Both the position numbers and the translations under genes were made by a program. A DNA stretch of 64,000 nucleotides from Octopus sinensis (taxonomy: Eukaryota): contig NC_043011.1 in the NCBI RefSeq assembly GCF_006345805.1, positions 3,534,001-3,598,000 of the forward strand, in the 5' to 3' direction. Below the pieces are notes generated by a model. The model saw nothing but the letters and a program-made list of their open reading frames with translations. It had not been told where the DNA came from and searched no databases. Shown one piece after another: positions 23,811 to 37,008 of this stretch (position 1 is its first letter; each line of letters starts with the position of its first letter).

Positions 23811-23829
<19 letters not shown>

Positions 23830-23841
<12 letters not shown>

Positions 23842-24250
23842 GAATTGTTTGCGTAATAAGATAAAAAAGCCAAGGCTGTGTAGATATTAGAGCATTTATA
23901 GATAGAAGGTCTTACTGCTGTTTCTAGGATATTTATTAATAATATCCTTTCATTGGAGATGGTGTGAGAGGATAGTTAAGTCATAATTTAGATGTGATAC
24001 AAAATAGAGAGTGAGGTGGATGAAAGAAAATAGATGCAAGATATATATGGGTATTGAAGTTGAGAATCCATTTTTTAGGTATAATGGTATATATACAATA
24101 TTCCAATATCGTATGAGTAAAGTCCAAAAGTTCAACAGAGTTTAAAATGGGTTCTTCCAAATATAGAGTTTATACAGAATGTAAGATTCCCTTATGAGTG
24201 AGATCCAACAGATTATAAAACTTGGTCATTCCCAGCAGATATTTTATATA
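23830..24250 (-). mobile_element. Older Penelope-like terminal-repeat remnant with a degenerate hammerhead (23908-23962)
   Basis: Minus: CCAATGA-A-AGGATAT/ATATCCT-A-GAAA-CAGCAG-TA-AGACC. Confidence 0.5.
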
Positions 24251-24540
24251 TATAAAAACTTACGGTTAGCAAAAGTTGGGATGCGTGAGCGTTCATCTAC
24301 TCAATAGATGAAAAATGTATTAAATACTAAAAAACTGCCCTATATAAATTACATTTATGCAAGTAAAATTACGTAATATGTTAATAGTGAAATATGTATG
24401 CAAATGATCCATAATTTTATTGCTTTTTCTTTTGTCTTGCTCGATTACGTTTTGGTTGTTTGGCTAAATTTTTCTTGAGTGGTAAGACCATAGCGGATCT
24501 ATTTCTAGCATAAGGGTGTCCACATAGTGGTTTCCCTCTA

Positions 24541-24594
<54 letters not shown>

Positions 24595-24789
24595 ATTTGT
24601 GTGTGCATATAAGTGCATGTGTGTGTGAATGTGTGTGTGTGTGTATATATATATGTAAGAATATATATATATATATATCTGTAGTTGAGATATATCACGT
24701 CCACTTGAGCCATTTAGCAACTGTTTTAACACCCAGTTGTAGTGTTTCAGGAGCTGTGTTATGTAGCTTCTATTTGGTCAAAATCCATG

Positions 24790-24917
24790 CTGGGTGTCAG
24801 TCAGCAAGTCATTTTCTTCATGGAACACAATTAGTTTCTTGCAGACTATTCATCCCAGGAATCCTGAGGAATGCCAACCAATAACAAACCTTCGAGAAGA
24901 TACAAGAAAAATAGAAG

Positions 24918-24949
<32 letters not shown>

Positions 24950-24962
24950 AATAATAATAGTG

Positions 24963-25008
<46 letters not shown>

Positions 25009-25460
25009 TAATGTACGAACATGTAAAGAAAGTATTGAAAAAAGACAGATAAATCCAAAACTGTGCTATGGTTGCAGAGACCTGCATTTTAATAAAAATT
25101 GCCCCTTTAACGATAAAAAATCTTTTAAGTGCAGTAATATTAGGCATAGACAGTCGAAATACTGGTTGAAGAAAAATGTAAGAAATGAGAAATCAAAATA
25201 TGTCTACTCAACAGAAATAAGTTATACCACAGAAAACCAAAAATCTGTGTAGGTTTAAATAAATGGTTGTCAGATGAAAATGCAATTAGATACCATTTCA
25301 GACGTATCCATAATTTATACAGCAACAGGAATTAAGATAGGAAGGCTGATATATGAAGAAAGCACTACAATAGCTCACAATGTGTCAGGAGAACAAGTTC
25401 AATTCTTGGGCAAAATTTTGCCAGAAATAAAACTTAAAGAAATGATGTGGAAAAGTAAAA
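24790..25460 (+). mobile_element. Ty3/Gypsy gag-protease remnant
   Basis: Zinc knuckles CYGCRDLHFNKNC and FKCSNIRHRQSK, then protease KMQLDT(G>I)SDVSII...KIGR...VSGEQ..FLGK; interrupted by (AAC/AAT)n. Confidence 0.75.
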
Positions 25461-25462
25461 TA

Positions 25463-25871
25463 GGAGCAGGAGTGGCTGTGTGGTAAGTAGCTTGCTTACG
25501 AACTACATGGTTCTGGGCTCTGTCCCACTCTGTGGCACCTTGGGCAAGTGTCTTCTACTATAGCCTTGGGCTGACCAAAGCCTTGTGAGTGGATTTGGTA
25601 GATGGAAACTGAAAGATGTCCATCAAATATATATGTGTGTGTGTGTGTGTGTATATGTATGTGTCTGTGTTCCCCCCCCCCCGCCAACATTGCTTGACAA
25701 CCGATGCTGGTGTGTTTACATCCCCATAACTTAGCAGTTCAGCAAAAGAGATTGATAGAATAAGGACTAGGTTTCCAAAGAATAAGTCCTGGGGTCGATT
25801 TGCTCAACTAAAGGCGGTGCTCCAGCATGACCACGGTCAAATGACTGAAACAAGTAAAAGAGTAAAAAGAG
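25463..25871 (+). mobile_element. SINE family A
   Basis: Full-length copy. Confidence 0.9.
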
Positions 25872-26011
25872 TAATTATAATTAAGGGCATAAAGGATACC
25901 ATACCTATGCTTAAAATAGATGCTAAAGCGTCAAATTACAAGGTCTATATTATACGCTGGCCCGTCTTTAGAGATTTTATCCTTTATTTTTTACAATTGT
26001 ATAAACATAGA

Positions 26012-26047
<36 letters not shown>

Positions 26048-26269
26048 ATCTCTTATCTTCCTTCTGGCAAAATGTTTTCAGTGATGAGCGCACCCCATCC
26101 TTTTTTCATTATTTTCCCCATCCTAAAACTGATATCTTGGAGAAGTCACCATTCTTGAACTCATGTCAATAGGTATACAATAGTGAATTACTAAATAAAT
26201 AAATGAATAAATGGTAAATACATTCCAAATTGAGAAGAGAATCCCTCCCTCCTCCCTCTCTTTACCTAT

Positions 26270-26286
26270 CTATCTTTCTCTCTATC

Positions 26287-26364
<78 letters not shown>

Positions 26365-26385
26365 CCTGTCTATCTATCTATCAAT
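26270..26385. repeat. (CTAT)n microsatellite
   Basis: Directly visible. Confidence 0.97.
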
Positions 26386-26974
26386 CTCCATTGTCCTGGA
26401 ACCTCACCCATAAAAACAAACAATAAAACAAAAACAATGTTCTCCGCTTCTAAACAAAACAAAAAAACATTTGATTTATATAAATGAACAACCTATTTGC
26501 ACATTCACAATATTATTTGACAAGTCTGAATAAGGAATAAATAAAAAGCTTTTTTCCCAAAATTCTGGTGACCTTTTTCTCTTAATATATATATATATAG
26601 CAAATATATATATAGCAAATGAATGACAGAAGATGGAATATACAAGAATTTATTGGTTATCACAACAATTGTTTCAACACATCTAGCATTGATTCTTCTT
26701 GCGTGGGATACTCAACAACTGGTTCAGGAGCATCCAGTGGTGCAGATGTTTCTCATCAGGTGATAAATAAATACAACTCATTAAAATGACTGTTCCGCGA
26801 TGTAACTTTCCATTTTGTATAGAGAAAAGCAGCCAGATGGGGGAAATACCTTCCTTTGTATAGAAGATCAAAAGTAAAATCACAGATGGCAAAAAGAGAA
26901 ATGTACAGGCACTCCAATGAGAAGAGTATTAAAAATAACCATTAACAGATATGGATGTATAAACGTCCTTGGGC

Positions 26975-27105
26975 AAGCTGCATCCAGCTGTAGAAACATT
27001 GCCAGATCAGATTGGAGCCTGGTGTAGCCGCTGGCTCTCCAGACCTCAGTCAAACCATCCAACCCATGCCAGTATGGAAAACAGACGTTAAACGATGATG
27101 TTGAT
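26975..27105 (+). mobile_element. Short RTE 3'UTR fragment with (GAT)n tail
   Basis: GCATCCAGCTGTAGAAAC...GACGTTAAACGATGATG. Confidence 0.85.
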
Positions 27106-27779
27106 GATATATACATATATATATATATGAATATATATAGGTATGAATGAATATGTATGTTTAAATATATATATGCATACAGAAACACCTACAAACATTC
27201 ACACATACATATATATGGTGAAAATGTTTAAAAATCTATACAAATTACATCATGTAAGAAAGAATAAAAGTAAACTGGTTTCAATCGTGGCTGGGGATTT
27301 TCACAATCACTAAATGTTTCGATCGAGTTTCCTTAAATGTTTTTACATAATTTCAAAGTTAATAAAGAACAAAATAAACCAAGAATATTTACAGGTTATT
27401 TCCATAACGATAATGGAGTCATATTTCTGAATGTAAATACATTGATATCCAGGTCACTAAATGTTATTTCACGAAATGGTTTTTACATAACTTCAAAACC
27501 AATATGAACAAAATAATCAATAGTCACAAGTCCTTACATAATAGTAATGGCATCGTGTTTCTGAATGCATCATGTGTTACAGTAAAGTTTTTTCAGTTTT
27601 AATTTAGTTGCATAAAGTATGTAATAAATGTATATCAGTTAAAAGAATGCCTTTAATTTTGACTAATATTTGTTTATATATTGCATTTCTTAATACATTT
27701 ATTGTTCTGTTGTTGGATTTCTTCACAGACAAAGAGGAGAAATTGTATAAAATTTCTGCCATAATTTTCAAAATGTTGG

Positions 27780-29330
27780 CTTTAAGGAAATTTTCTTGAG
27801 TATGGTTGGCTAAGTTTGTTGACAGTGTAGTGTCGTTAGTCTATGGAGTTTGGGGAAAGTGTGGCCAATATAATGTTCTCGGCAACTTTTACATGTTTAA
27901 ATATATGTACTAATTTTTCAGAACACCATACAAGTTATTTTTAATTTTGAAAGTATGTCCTTTGTCATATTAGATGTTTTTCAATGACTCTTTCCATCTT
28001 TTGGTTCCAAAGAAATATGGGTTGATTTTCATGAACCCTTGCAAAGACTTCAATGTTTTGAGGTTAAAGATTGAGGTAAACGAAATAACAGTATTTTGAC
28101 ATTTGTGGATTGTTTCTCAAAGTCTCTGAAAGTCAATATTTTTTGCTTTCTGAATTCCATTGTTAATTAAATTAAAAGGCTTTTTTTTTTTCACCTGTAT
28201 TTCCTTCATTTTCTTTAGTCTGCAATTTCTTGTTAAATGATTCAAGACTAAAATGCAGATTCATTTCACTAAGTCATAAAGGTATATTAACTTAAATATA
28301 ATATGAATAGTAGACGTTTACTACAGTAGATGTCTGTTTCAGATTTTTCATTTAACTCTCACATAACTAACAAAGTTATTTCCAAATACATGAGAGAATT
28401 GATCATAGATTTTTAATTCATAATATCCCCAAAATATGTTCAGATCTATTAACCATAGCTGTACTTGACTTTTGTTGATAGGTTGTCTCGCCAACATGAA
28501 ATAATTATTTTCTAAAATAAATTGAAGTCCACTTGTAATAAATTCGTCCTCAGTGCAGTCTGGTAATTTATCAATAAATAAGCCTAGCCAGTATTTATTA
28601 GCTTTGATTCTGTAATTGTGTGGAATACAACTATATAACTTCACAACATCAAACAAAGTAATATAAGTATTTTCATTTACTGTATTTGATAGATTGTCGG
28701 GCATATCAATATCATCTTTATATATAAAAGAGAAGTTGTGTGTCTGTCTCCTACGATTTAGATTCCTAACTACTCCCATATTTTGCGGTGCAGTTTAACC
28801 AAAAGCGGGTATCTTATAGTCGTGATTCATATCAAGCTCTTCTGAGTATTAGCGCGCGTCTACGATGAGTCTACGATTTAAAAAGAAAATTACCATAATT
28901 TTTTTCCATTTTAATGCATTTTTTCGCTATTATATAAGGGAAGTAACTCTCTAAAAATGTCTACGATGAGTCAACGATTTAAAAAAAAATTTACCATAAT
29001 TTTTTTTCCATTTTTAATGCATTTTTTTGCTATTTTTTGGCTATAACTCTCTAAAAATGCTTATATAGTTATTTCCCTTACAAACCCGAGCAACGCCGGG
29101 CGATACTGCTAGTCTTTTATAAAGCTGTGTATGTGTTATAGGAATGGTTTCAGCAAGATGTCTATAAAATTAATGAAGGGATGCATCTTGGATGTTGGGG
29201 ACTACCACAATGGGTGTCAATTTTAAACTATTCAGAGAGGGTGTATTCACATGACTAGTTCTCATCCTTTTCCATGCTTCAGCAATCAATTTAAGTTATT
29301 GATTTTTGATAATCCCTAAGATGTTACTCA
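27780..29330 (-). mobile_element. Penelope-like element remnant (RT + GIY-YIG), split by a Helitron
   Basis: NFIDILLKPFL.HIHSFIK|DDIDM...FDVVKLYSCIPH...GLQFILENNYF (RT) and TCKSCREHYIGHT (GIY-YIG); frame rejoins across 28715-29112. Confidence 0.8.
28715..29112 (+). mobile_element. Non-autonomous Helitron
   Basis: Starts TC after A, ends CTAG before T, subterminal hairpin CCCGAGCAACGCCGGG, no TSD; internal ~95-bp tandem duplication. Confidence 0.88.
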
Positions 29331-29504
29331 TTTTATATTTCAAATTTATAAGATAATCTATTCCCCTTGTAATTGCAAAATATTTTTTAAAAAACATTAT
29401 TTGCACAGTGTACAGCATGGAATAAAATGTTTTTCATCTAAGTATAATAAAGTAGTAGTTGTTTCATAACTAGGTTTGTAATTTCTGATTTCCTCATAAT
29501 ACAT

Positions 29505-29840
29505 ATTATTCCATACCACAAAAGGGTAAAAACCTCCTTTGGTCACAAATGACAATGGGATTGCACCTGGAAAGTTCTCCTCTGATGCACAAGTCTGGGA
29601 AAGGTTGTTTATGGAAGACCAGTAGTTTCCCATGCATGCCACTGATGTTATCCAAGGGAAAGGCAAAAAGCTGATACAGCTTGGTACCAGTGATGCCGCA
29701 ACTCATTTCTAAAGCTGAGTGAACTGGAACAATGTGAAATAAAGTGTCTTGCTCAAGAACGCAACACACAGCCCAGTCAGGAACTGAACTCACTACCTCG
29801 TGATTGTGAGCCCAACAGTCTAACCACTTAGCCATGTGCC
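29505..29840 (-). mobile_element. SINE family C
   Basis: Reverse complement homologous to 3001-3330. Confidence 0.85.
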
Positions 29841-30099
29841 TTTATAGTAAGTACACTATTTGTATAGCATTCAGATCAGCAACAGAACTTCTCTTATCAA
29901 CATCTAATATAGCTATATATTTTATTTCAGTCAGCTATGCCCATTATTCTTTGGTAAATTTGGATTTTGCTTGTCTTTTATTCTGTTGTTCTGAGAGGAA
30001 ATTTCAAAATATATTCACAACATTCATAAATGATCACACTTATATCTTTTTAAGTTGATGCTTACTTTTGTTTTTGACTAAAGATTCATTACTCATTTG

Positions 30100-30700
30100 A
30101 TTGATCTATCACTGTATCTAAGTGACAGTTGTGGATAAAGTCTTTTTGCAATCCTCTTATCAAAATTTCTTTCTAAAATTCTAATTTAGCTCATGTTTAG
30201 TTTTTCTTTGGTGGTTGTGATCTAGAAACATGTTCATTGAATGGCTACAGTATAGTTTTTCTCAATGTTTTTCTTTAAAAATGGGTGTTCAGACCTGTAT
30301 TCCTTTTTAGATTGTTCCACATAACTTAATAACCAGCTTCTACTTTTTAACATTTCCGTATTGATACCATCTCTCCATTCTTGCATTCTTACCACCATAA
30401 TGTGCAAAACTTATCTTGTCAATTCCTGTTTTGTTTTTCGTTTTTAATTTCATGTTTTCATTTCCTCATTGTTGCTTTAGTAATTATTTTTTGTTTGCAT
30501 CTGCACTCATTTCATTAATTCCTTTCGTTTTTTTATTTTATTCAGCAACAATTTTGTCATAAATTGTTTTTTTTCATTTATAGGTTTGACTTTTAATTTT
30601 CTTGGTTAAAAACAATGGCACTGAAGTTATCCCGTTCCTAAATTTCCACTTTCTTTCAATTTCTCAACATGTTCCAAAAAGTGAATTTTCATAAGCTGAA
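30100..30700 (-). mobile_element. Possible R4/Dong-like LINE N-terminal remnant
   Basis: A/G-rich decayed coding-like minus strand (K/E/N-rich); no catalytic motif recognised. Confidence 0.3.
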
Positions 30701-31117
30701 ATTTTTTTATCCCATACATAACCTATTTGGTATCATGTTACATCCATGAATAAAGTACTCACATCATCATTTAATGTCAGTTTTTCCATGCTGGAATGGG
30801 TTGGACTTCTCACATCATGAGAATTGAAAAGAAGCACTTCAAAAATTATTCCCTAGGTGATGACTAAGGTTGCATAATAAGAAAATTTGCATAACTATCA
30901 AATCAGGACAATGTATGAAGGGCTTTCTGCTTATTAATAAAAGATCATACAACCAAAGCTTCAAAACGGTTGTAACACAGATAACCGAAGTGGTCTATCT
31001 TGAGACAACATCCAGTAAATAAGCGCTCACTTTACGGGTTATGGTTTTGTAATCCAAGAACTGGAAATTTTGACAAAGCACTACAGGTTGAAAGAGACAA
31101 AGATGCAGATAAAGCAC

Positions 31118-31529
31118 CTCTTTTACTCTTTTGCTCTTTTACTTGTTTCAGTCATTTGATTGCGGCCATGCTGGAGCACCACCTTTAGTCGAGCAAATCA
31201 ACCCCAGGACTTATTCTTTGTAAGCCCAGTACTTATTCTATCGGTCTCTTTTTGCCGAACTGCTAAGTGACGGGGACGTAAACACACCAGCATTGGTTGT
31301 CAAGCAATGCTAGGGGGACAAACACAGACACACAAACATACATATATTTATATATATACATATATATGACAGGCTTCTTTCAGTTTCCATCTACCAAATC
31401 CACTCACAAGGCATTGCTCAGCTCGCGGCTATAGCAGAAGACACTTGTCCAAGATGCCACGCAGTGGGACTGAACCCGGGACCATGTGGTTTGTTAGCAA
31501 GCTACTTACCACACAGCCACTCCTGCGCC
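31118..31529 (-). mobile_element. SINE family A
   Basis: Full-length copy. Confidence 0.92.
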
Positions 31530-32269
31530 TGTATGCAAAAAATTATTAACTCCAACATTTTCAGCAATCTCATAAACTGTTGCTTAAAATTGTTTTTATG
31601 ATATAATTTTTCTATGAGACATGACAACCAAAATATTACACAATGCATTTCAAAACAGTTAGTAATGTGGCAGGATTACCCGTCCAAAATATGAAGGAAT
31701 ACTGGTGGAAGATTCCTGTAAATATGTTGGCAAAATATAAAATGTATGTATTGCGTTCTGTAGAATGCTTACATTATAAACCAGATATATTGATCTGAAA
31801 CAAAGAAAGGAAAGTATTTTTAGTAGTGGACATAAGTAGCCAAGTAAACCTTGATTTAATGTTAAAGATAAGAAAGCACAGAATCACCTATACCAACCTA
31901 ATGAGAAATCTATAGACACCCCTTCCGGCCTATTATTTTAGACATACCTCTAAGTATATAATTGTATTGGGTGATTTGATTTTTCAACAAAATATCTTAT
32001 TACCAATCTTAAGAAACTGAGTTACACAGTTTCTTAGGACACAGCTGATTCAGGAATCAAAATTATGCAAGGTATTAATGGAATGGTGAAAATATATAAA
32101 ATACTTCAGATGCTTAATGTAAAATAAGTACATCTCCATACATGTAGATTTACAGACACAGATACAAGCAAGTACACACACACACACACACACACACATG
32201 TTCATACATAATACACGTGTAAATATGCATGCTGATATATATGCACGTGTGTGTGTGTGTCTATGTACG

Positions 32270-32510
32270 TACATGCACAACACACACACACATACATACA
32301 CAGACAACACACATCACACACTCACACACACACACACACACACATACAAACACAGACAACACACATCACACACTCTCACACACACACACACATCACACAC
32401 TCACACACACACACACATACATACACAGACAACACACATCACACACTCACACACACACACACATACATACACAGACAACACACATCACACACTCACACAC
32501 ACACACACAT
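32270..32510. repeat. (CA)n-derived compound minisatellite, unit ~40-50 bp
   Basis: CATACATACACAGACAACACACATCACACACTCACAC recurs about 4 times, with partial units. Confidence 0.9.
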
Positions 32511-32922
32511 TCAAGTGATACAAACCTTAAAATCTTTCAATTTATGGAATGTTCGCCCAATTATTCAGCAAAACCTGATCGATGGTATTGTTAGGAATCT
32601 CCTTCAATAAATACAAAACAGAAATAGGAGAAAAAAAGTCAATTCCATATTTTTATTTATGACATATTGTTTTGTACATATTCTTTCAATACTATAGACA
32701 AAATAATAATATATGTGTTATTGTTATTAATCATTGTTGACAGAAATTCCTTTTTTTTTTTCTCTCCCCATATTATTATCGTAACACAAGAACTTATACA
32801 ATGCAAAACACAGATGGTTTTTATGTCTAAATTAGTGCTTCTATTAATTAGCTATTGCATAGTTTCACAAATGAAATTAAGCCATTTCATTATTATTTTA
32901 TCATACATATACACAACCCCCA

Positions 32923-32970
<48 letters not shown>

Positions 32971-35434
32971 ATCTTATACATTTCACACATTTGTGCATAT
33001 GTGTTCCAACAGGCTATTTGTCAAATGGAATTTTGTCCTCATTCTGTACTCTGTTATTAGTGTCGCTTCCGTTTGAAACCCTGTCAAAACCAATAGCAGT
33101 GTCAGGAAATTTATTTCTACATTTTGATTTTACATTGAAGTTTCACTGAACAAGTGCTAATTAAATGTCATCAATTTACGCAGTTTCTATTTTTTAAATT
33201 TGTTTGGCTTCTTTTCTTTCTCCATGTTTTGGATTCACTATTTTCTTTATTCTCAGATAAAATATAATTTCCTTCACAGTTGTACAAAATATGTTTTCTT
33301 TTAATATTTGTTTCAATATTTTATATTAGTGCTTCACTGAAGAATTATTTGCAAAATATTCTGCTTTACACATCTTTTATATTTCTATAATCCTGAAATT
33401 GTATGGTTAGTTATGACGAGATAAGCAGATTAAAAAGCCAAACTGCACAAATCTATCAGCAGTTATGAAGTCTGTCTGAAAAATGTTAGTCCTATCTTTA
33501 GTTTAATGCATTTGTATATTAACTGAAGTCATGAATCGCTGAATCAATATAGAGTTGAACTGCTAGTTGAAAGGTTGATGCTTTATAAAACGTCGATGCC
33601 TCTCTACAATGTTCACAACTAAGAAGCTTATCTCTTTTGCCCAAATCAGTCCATGTAACTGCAAGTTGTTGTTGTAGATGTTTAATTTCCAGCTTAGAAT
33701 TGATTGAGCTGATCTATGGTACATAGGTATTTCATTGAACCATTGATCCATTGAGTCAGATATACCTCAGCACTGACTAGTGGATGCATGCTAAGCACTC
33801 AGATGCAGTGATTTATTGTAACTGTAAGTTATTGTTATTGTCATTACTGTTGTTGTTTAACCCTCGGTCAACCCTGACATATGATAAAAGACATAACAGC
33901 CATGATCATCCTGTATTTTTAAGAATATATTGTGAAATATATTATTCAAAATGTCATTTTCTTATTTGAGATGGCAGAGTGTGGTTGGTATGAGGGAGAT
34001 CTGGCTGCTATTTCTTGCAGATCAAGTGACCATGCAGAAGCTCCTTCATTAAATCACAGCAACATGATAATGAAACAATAATTTTAAAACCCAAGCTCTA
34101 TTATATAATTATGGATCACATTTTAGTACCTATTAAAATATATATGCAAATTCAGAGTTTGATCCATGCATATAATACAGGGCTAATTGCATGATAATTC
34201 CAGAATGGTCAGTCCATTAGATGGTAATCTGTCATTTGAAGAAAGTATGTTGTTTCTTTTTAGCTCCAGCTCATCTTTAATGGGAAAGATTTTTGACCAT
34301 CTAGTCTTTCTTAGATTATATCTAAGACTACATTATCCTTGCTAAAGACACTGTGATTTGATATGAGAGAGCTTTGGCTACTAATTTTAGCCATTGGAAA
34401 ACCAATTATAGCAGCGACTCCATCAATTCCTAGGGATATCCAAAGAAGGAATTTTTATTCTGAAATATCATATCAGACTATGGATGATTAAATTACAACA
34501 GTTATTATCACCCATCGTTGTTATTATAGTGCATTGTTATGTCATTCAATACATTTTATTCTTTACAAACAATGCTTCAAGCAAACTACAATACTCTACT
34601 AATCTTATCAATAAGCCTCTCTTGTTGGTTTGTGTTCATATTCTTCTGTAATATCTGTAAATCTGAAGCAAGCAGCAAGTGATCCCTTTGAGCATATTCT
34701 CTCTGAAGATATCCAGAAATCCCCTCCTGCACCTGGGGTCCACTTTCCCTTCGAAACACCAATAAATGTATGCAATATTAAGGCTGGAAGTTCTTGATCT
34801 GCCGAACCTTAAACATTTGTCTTGTAAGTGAATGACACTTTCTATGGATATCTTGTAACTTACTGTCACGTGTAGTTAAGATGAGATAAATGTTCTACAG
34901 TTCTCCAGAGCTAGCTCTGTGACCATGTCTACTGCAATAATCAGCTCGTGATATATCTATCGCAAATGAAATTACTCTTCTTCTCTCTTCAGACACTGAA
35001 CTACAGTCGATCTGAGACACCACCACCACCAAGAATTTTAGATTATTCTAGTGACCAAATATTTGTTTTAGTATGATGTTTATTTTATGGAGAGATATTT
35101 CTGAAACCACTACACTACATGTCACAAAAGGACATGCTGTTAGCAGAAAAAACACCAGCATGTTTAATACTGGTGTAAACATAATCATGCACACAAAATT
35201 ATGTGCAATATTTGACACTAAAAAATTTGAACAAGATCTGGGCCAAGTAGTTATCAAGGAGCTCATAGCAGGAAAAAATTGTCAAATCTGCCATAGGCAT
35301 GTTTGAAAAAGAAATAGTTATGCTAGAAATCAAGCTGATGATCACTGTACACACACACACACACACACACACATATCCAGGAAGGTAAAATACAAGTCTA
35401 AATAATCCAGATAAAAAGGAACTCAATACAATCA

Positions 35435-35995
35435 TTATCATCGTCGTTTAACGTCCGTTCTCCATGCTAGCATGGGTTGGACGTTTCGACTGGGGATCTG
35501 GGAAGCCAGAAGGCTGCACCAGGCTCCAGTCTGATCTGGCAGTGTTTCTACAGCTGGATGCCCTTCCTAACGCCAACCACTCCATGAGTGTAGTGGGTGC
35601 TTTTTACGTGCCACCTGCACAGGTGCCAGGCGAGGCTGGCAACGGCCACGATCGGATTGGTGCATTTTACGTGCAACCGGCACGGAAGCCAGTCAAGGCA
35701 GCACTGGCATTGGCCATGATTCAGATGGTGCTTTTTACGTGCCACCGGCACGGAAGCCAGTCTAGGTGGCGCTGGCATCGGCCACGTTCAGATGGTGATT
35801 TTTACGTGCCACCGGCACAGGGATCACAACTGCAGTTTCCATTGATTTTGATGTTGGTGTACTTGACTCAATGGATCTCCTCAAGCACAAGGTCGAAATG
35901 GTGTTTCTTCACTTGCCACCTGCACAGGAGTCAGTCCAGCGATCCTGGCAACTGCCGGGTGCCAGTCATTGGATTGGTTCAATTTTGATTCCGAT
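35435..35995 (-). mobile_element. RTE 3'UTR-derived element
   Basis: CATCGTCGTTTAACGTCCG...GGATGCCCTTCC plus several internal ~60-bp units. Confidence 0.88.
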
Positions 35996-36379
35996 TTTAC
36001 AATGAAATAGAGTAATATTATAAAATTTATTTTAAGCTGAAACTTTACAATTTGTAACTCAGAATTATATTTCTCCTGGTTATCATATAATAAATGAAAT
36101 TAATAAAGCAGTCTTGTAATTATCTATGAAGTTAAATCCATTGAATGTTCTATATACATTAAAAGTAGAACAGACTGATTTTTTTTGAGCATTATTTAAC
36201 ATAACAGCATTATTTAAGGCTGGCCATAAGACATTTTCATCCACTCGACATTTTGAAATATTTCAACCAACGTACAACTTATGATGACAGAACATATATC
36301 TTATGAATGATAACAAATAAATACTTATTAATTGCTTGAGTGTTTAGCTTTGTAATGAGGTAGTCCATCATTCAACTAA

Positions 36380-36760
36380 GTAGGATTAAAAAATTTGTCG
36401 TGGTGAGAAACTTTTATTCACTCCAAATCAATGTTTGAGTTAGAATTCCTATGGAAAAATAGCTTTGATTTGTTCCTGAAATATGAAGATTATAAAATTC
36501 TAAGAGTTGGCTTGTTCTGTCTTCCAAACAATTTTATAGTTTCTTAAAGATTAGATACACTTCGATATATTGTTGTCAAATCATTTTTCAAAATTTCTGA
36601 AAGTATATTTATGTTGATTGATTCTTAACTTTAAAAAATTCTCAGTCAGTCTAAGTTGAAATTACTACAAACACTTCCCCATAATATCTCTATTCAGTAT
36701 ACTATAATCTGTCACAAGTGTTTCTTTTCATACTAGCTTGATGGATGTACCTACATCCCT
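36380..36760 (-). mobile_element. Penelope-like GIY-YIG endonuclease remnant
   Basis: Minus: KLRINQHKYTFRN.EK...ISKCI(W)SL..YKIVWK..QANS resembles the C-terminal half of the PLE endonuclease. Confidence 0.55.
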
Positions 36761-37008
36761 TTTGTTTGGTGATCCCCTTCCAAACCATATCAATTTCCTT
36801 AATTTCCTCCTCCTTGGATGAAAGGCAAAAAGCACTCCTTATAGATCTCTAACCTAGTAATACACACTATTCATGTCTAACCAAGTAACATTTTCTATTT
36901 TTGTCTAACCTAAAAATATAGATGTTTATCCTAATAGAACTCCTTATAAATTTCTAACCTAAAAGTACTCCCTACAGATAACTAAACTCAAAGTGCTAAT
37001 TATAGATG

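Larger units (their letters stand above)
22971..23814 (-). mobile_element. ORF-less hammerhead-bearing element (mini-Penelope/retrozyme-like): A-B-C-A plus inverted copy
   Basis: A1 22971-23106 = A2 23416-23551 (136 bp, 1 mismatch); 23081-23344 inverted at 23551-23814 (264 bp, 1 mismatch seen); flanked by (TA)n; CpG-rich. Confidence 0.8.

Noticed and set aside
26686-26758. Exon-like GC bump (ALILLAWDTQQLVQEHPVVQMFLI), phase-compatible with ~42890-42965 (FLQRGFMFEMDILTVLMKCGINVGK)
   Set aside because: Several frames on both strands look equally protein-like, splice sites are moderate and no family was recognised; cannot be supported without RNA data
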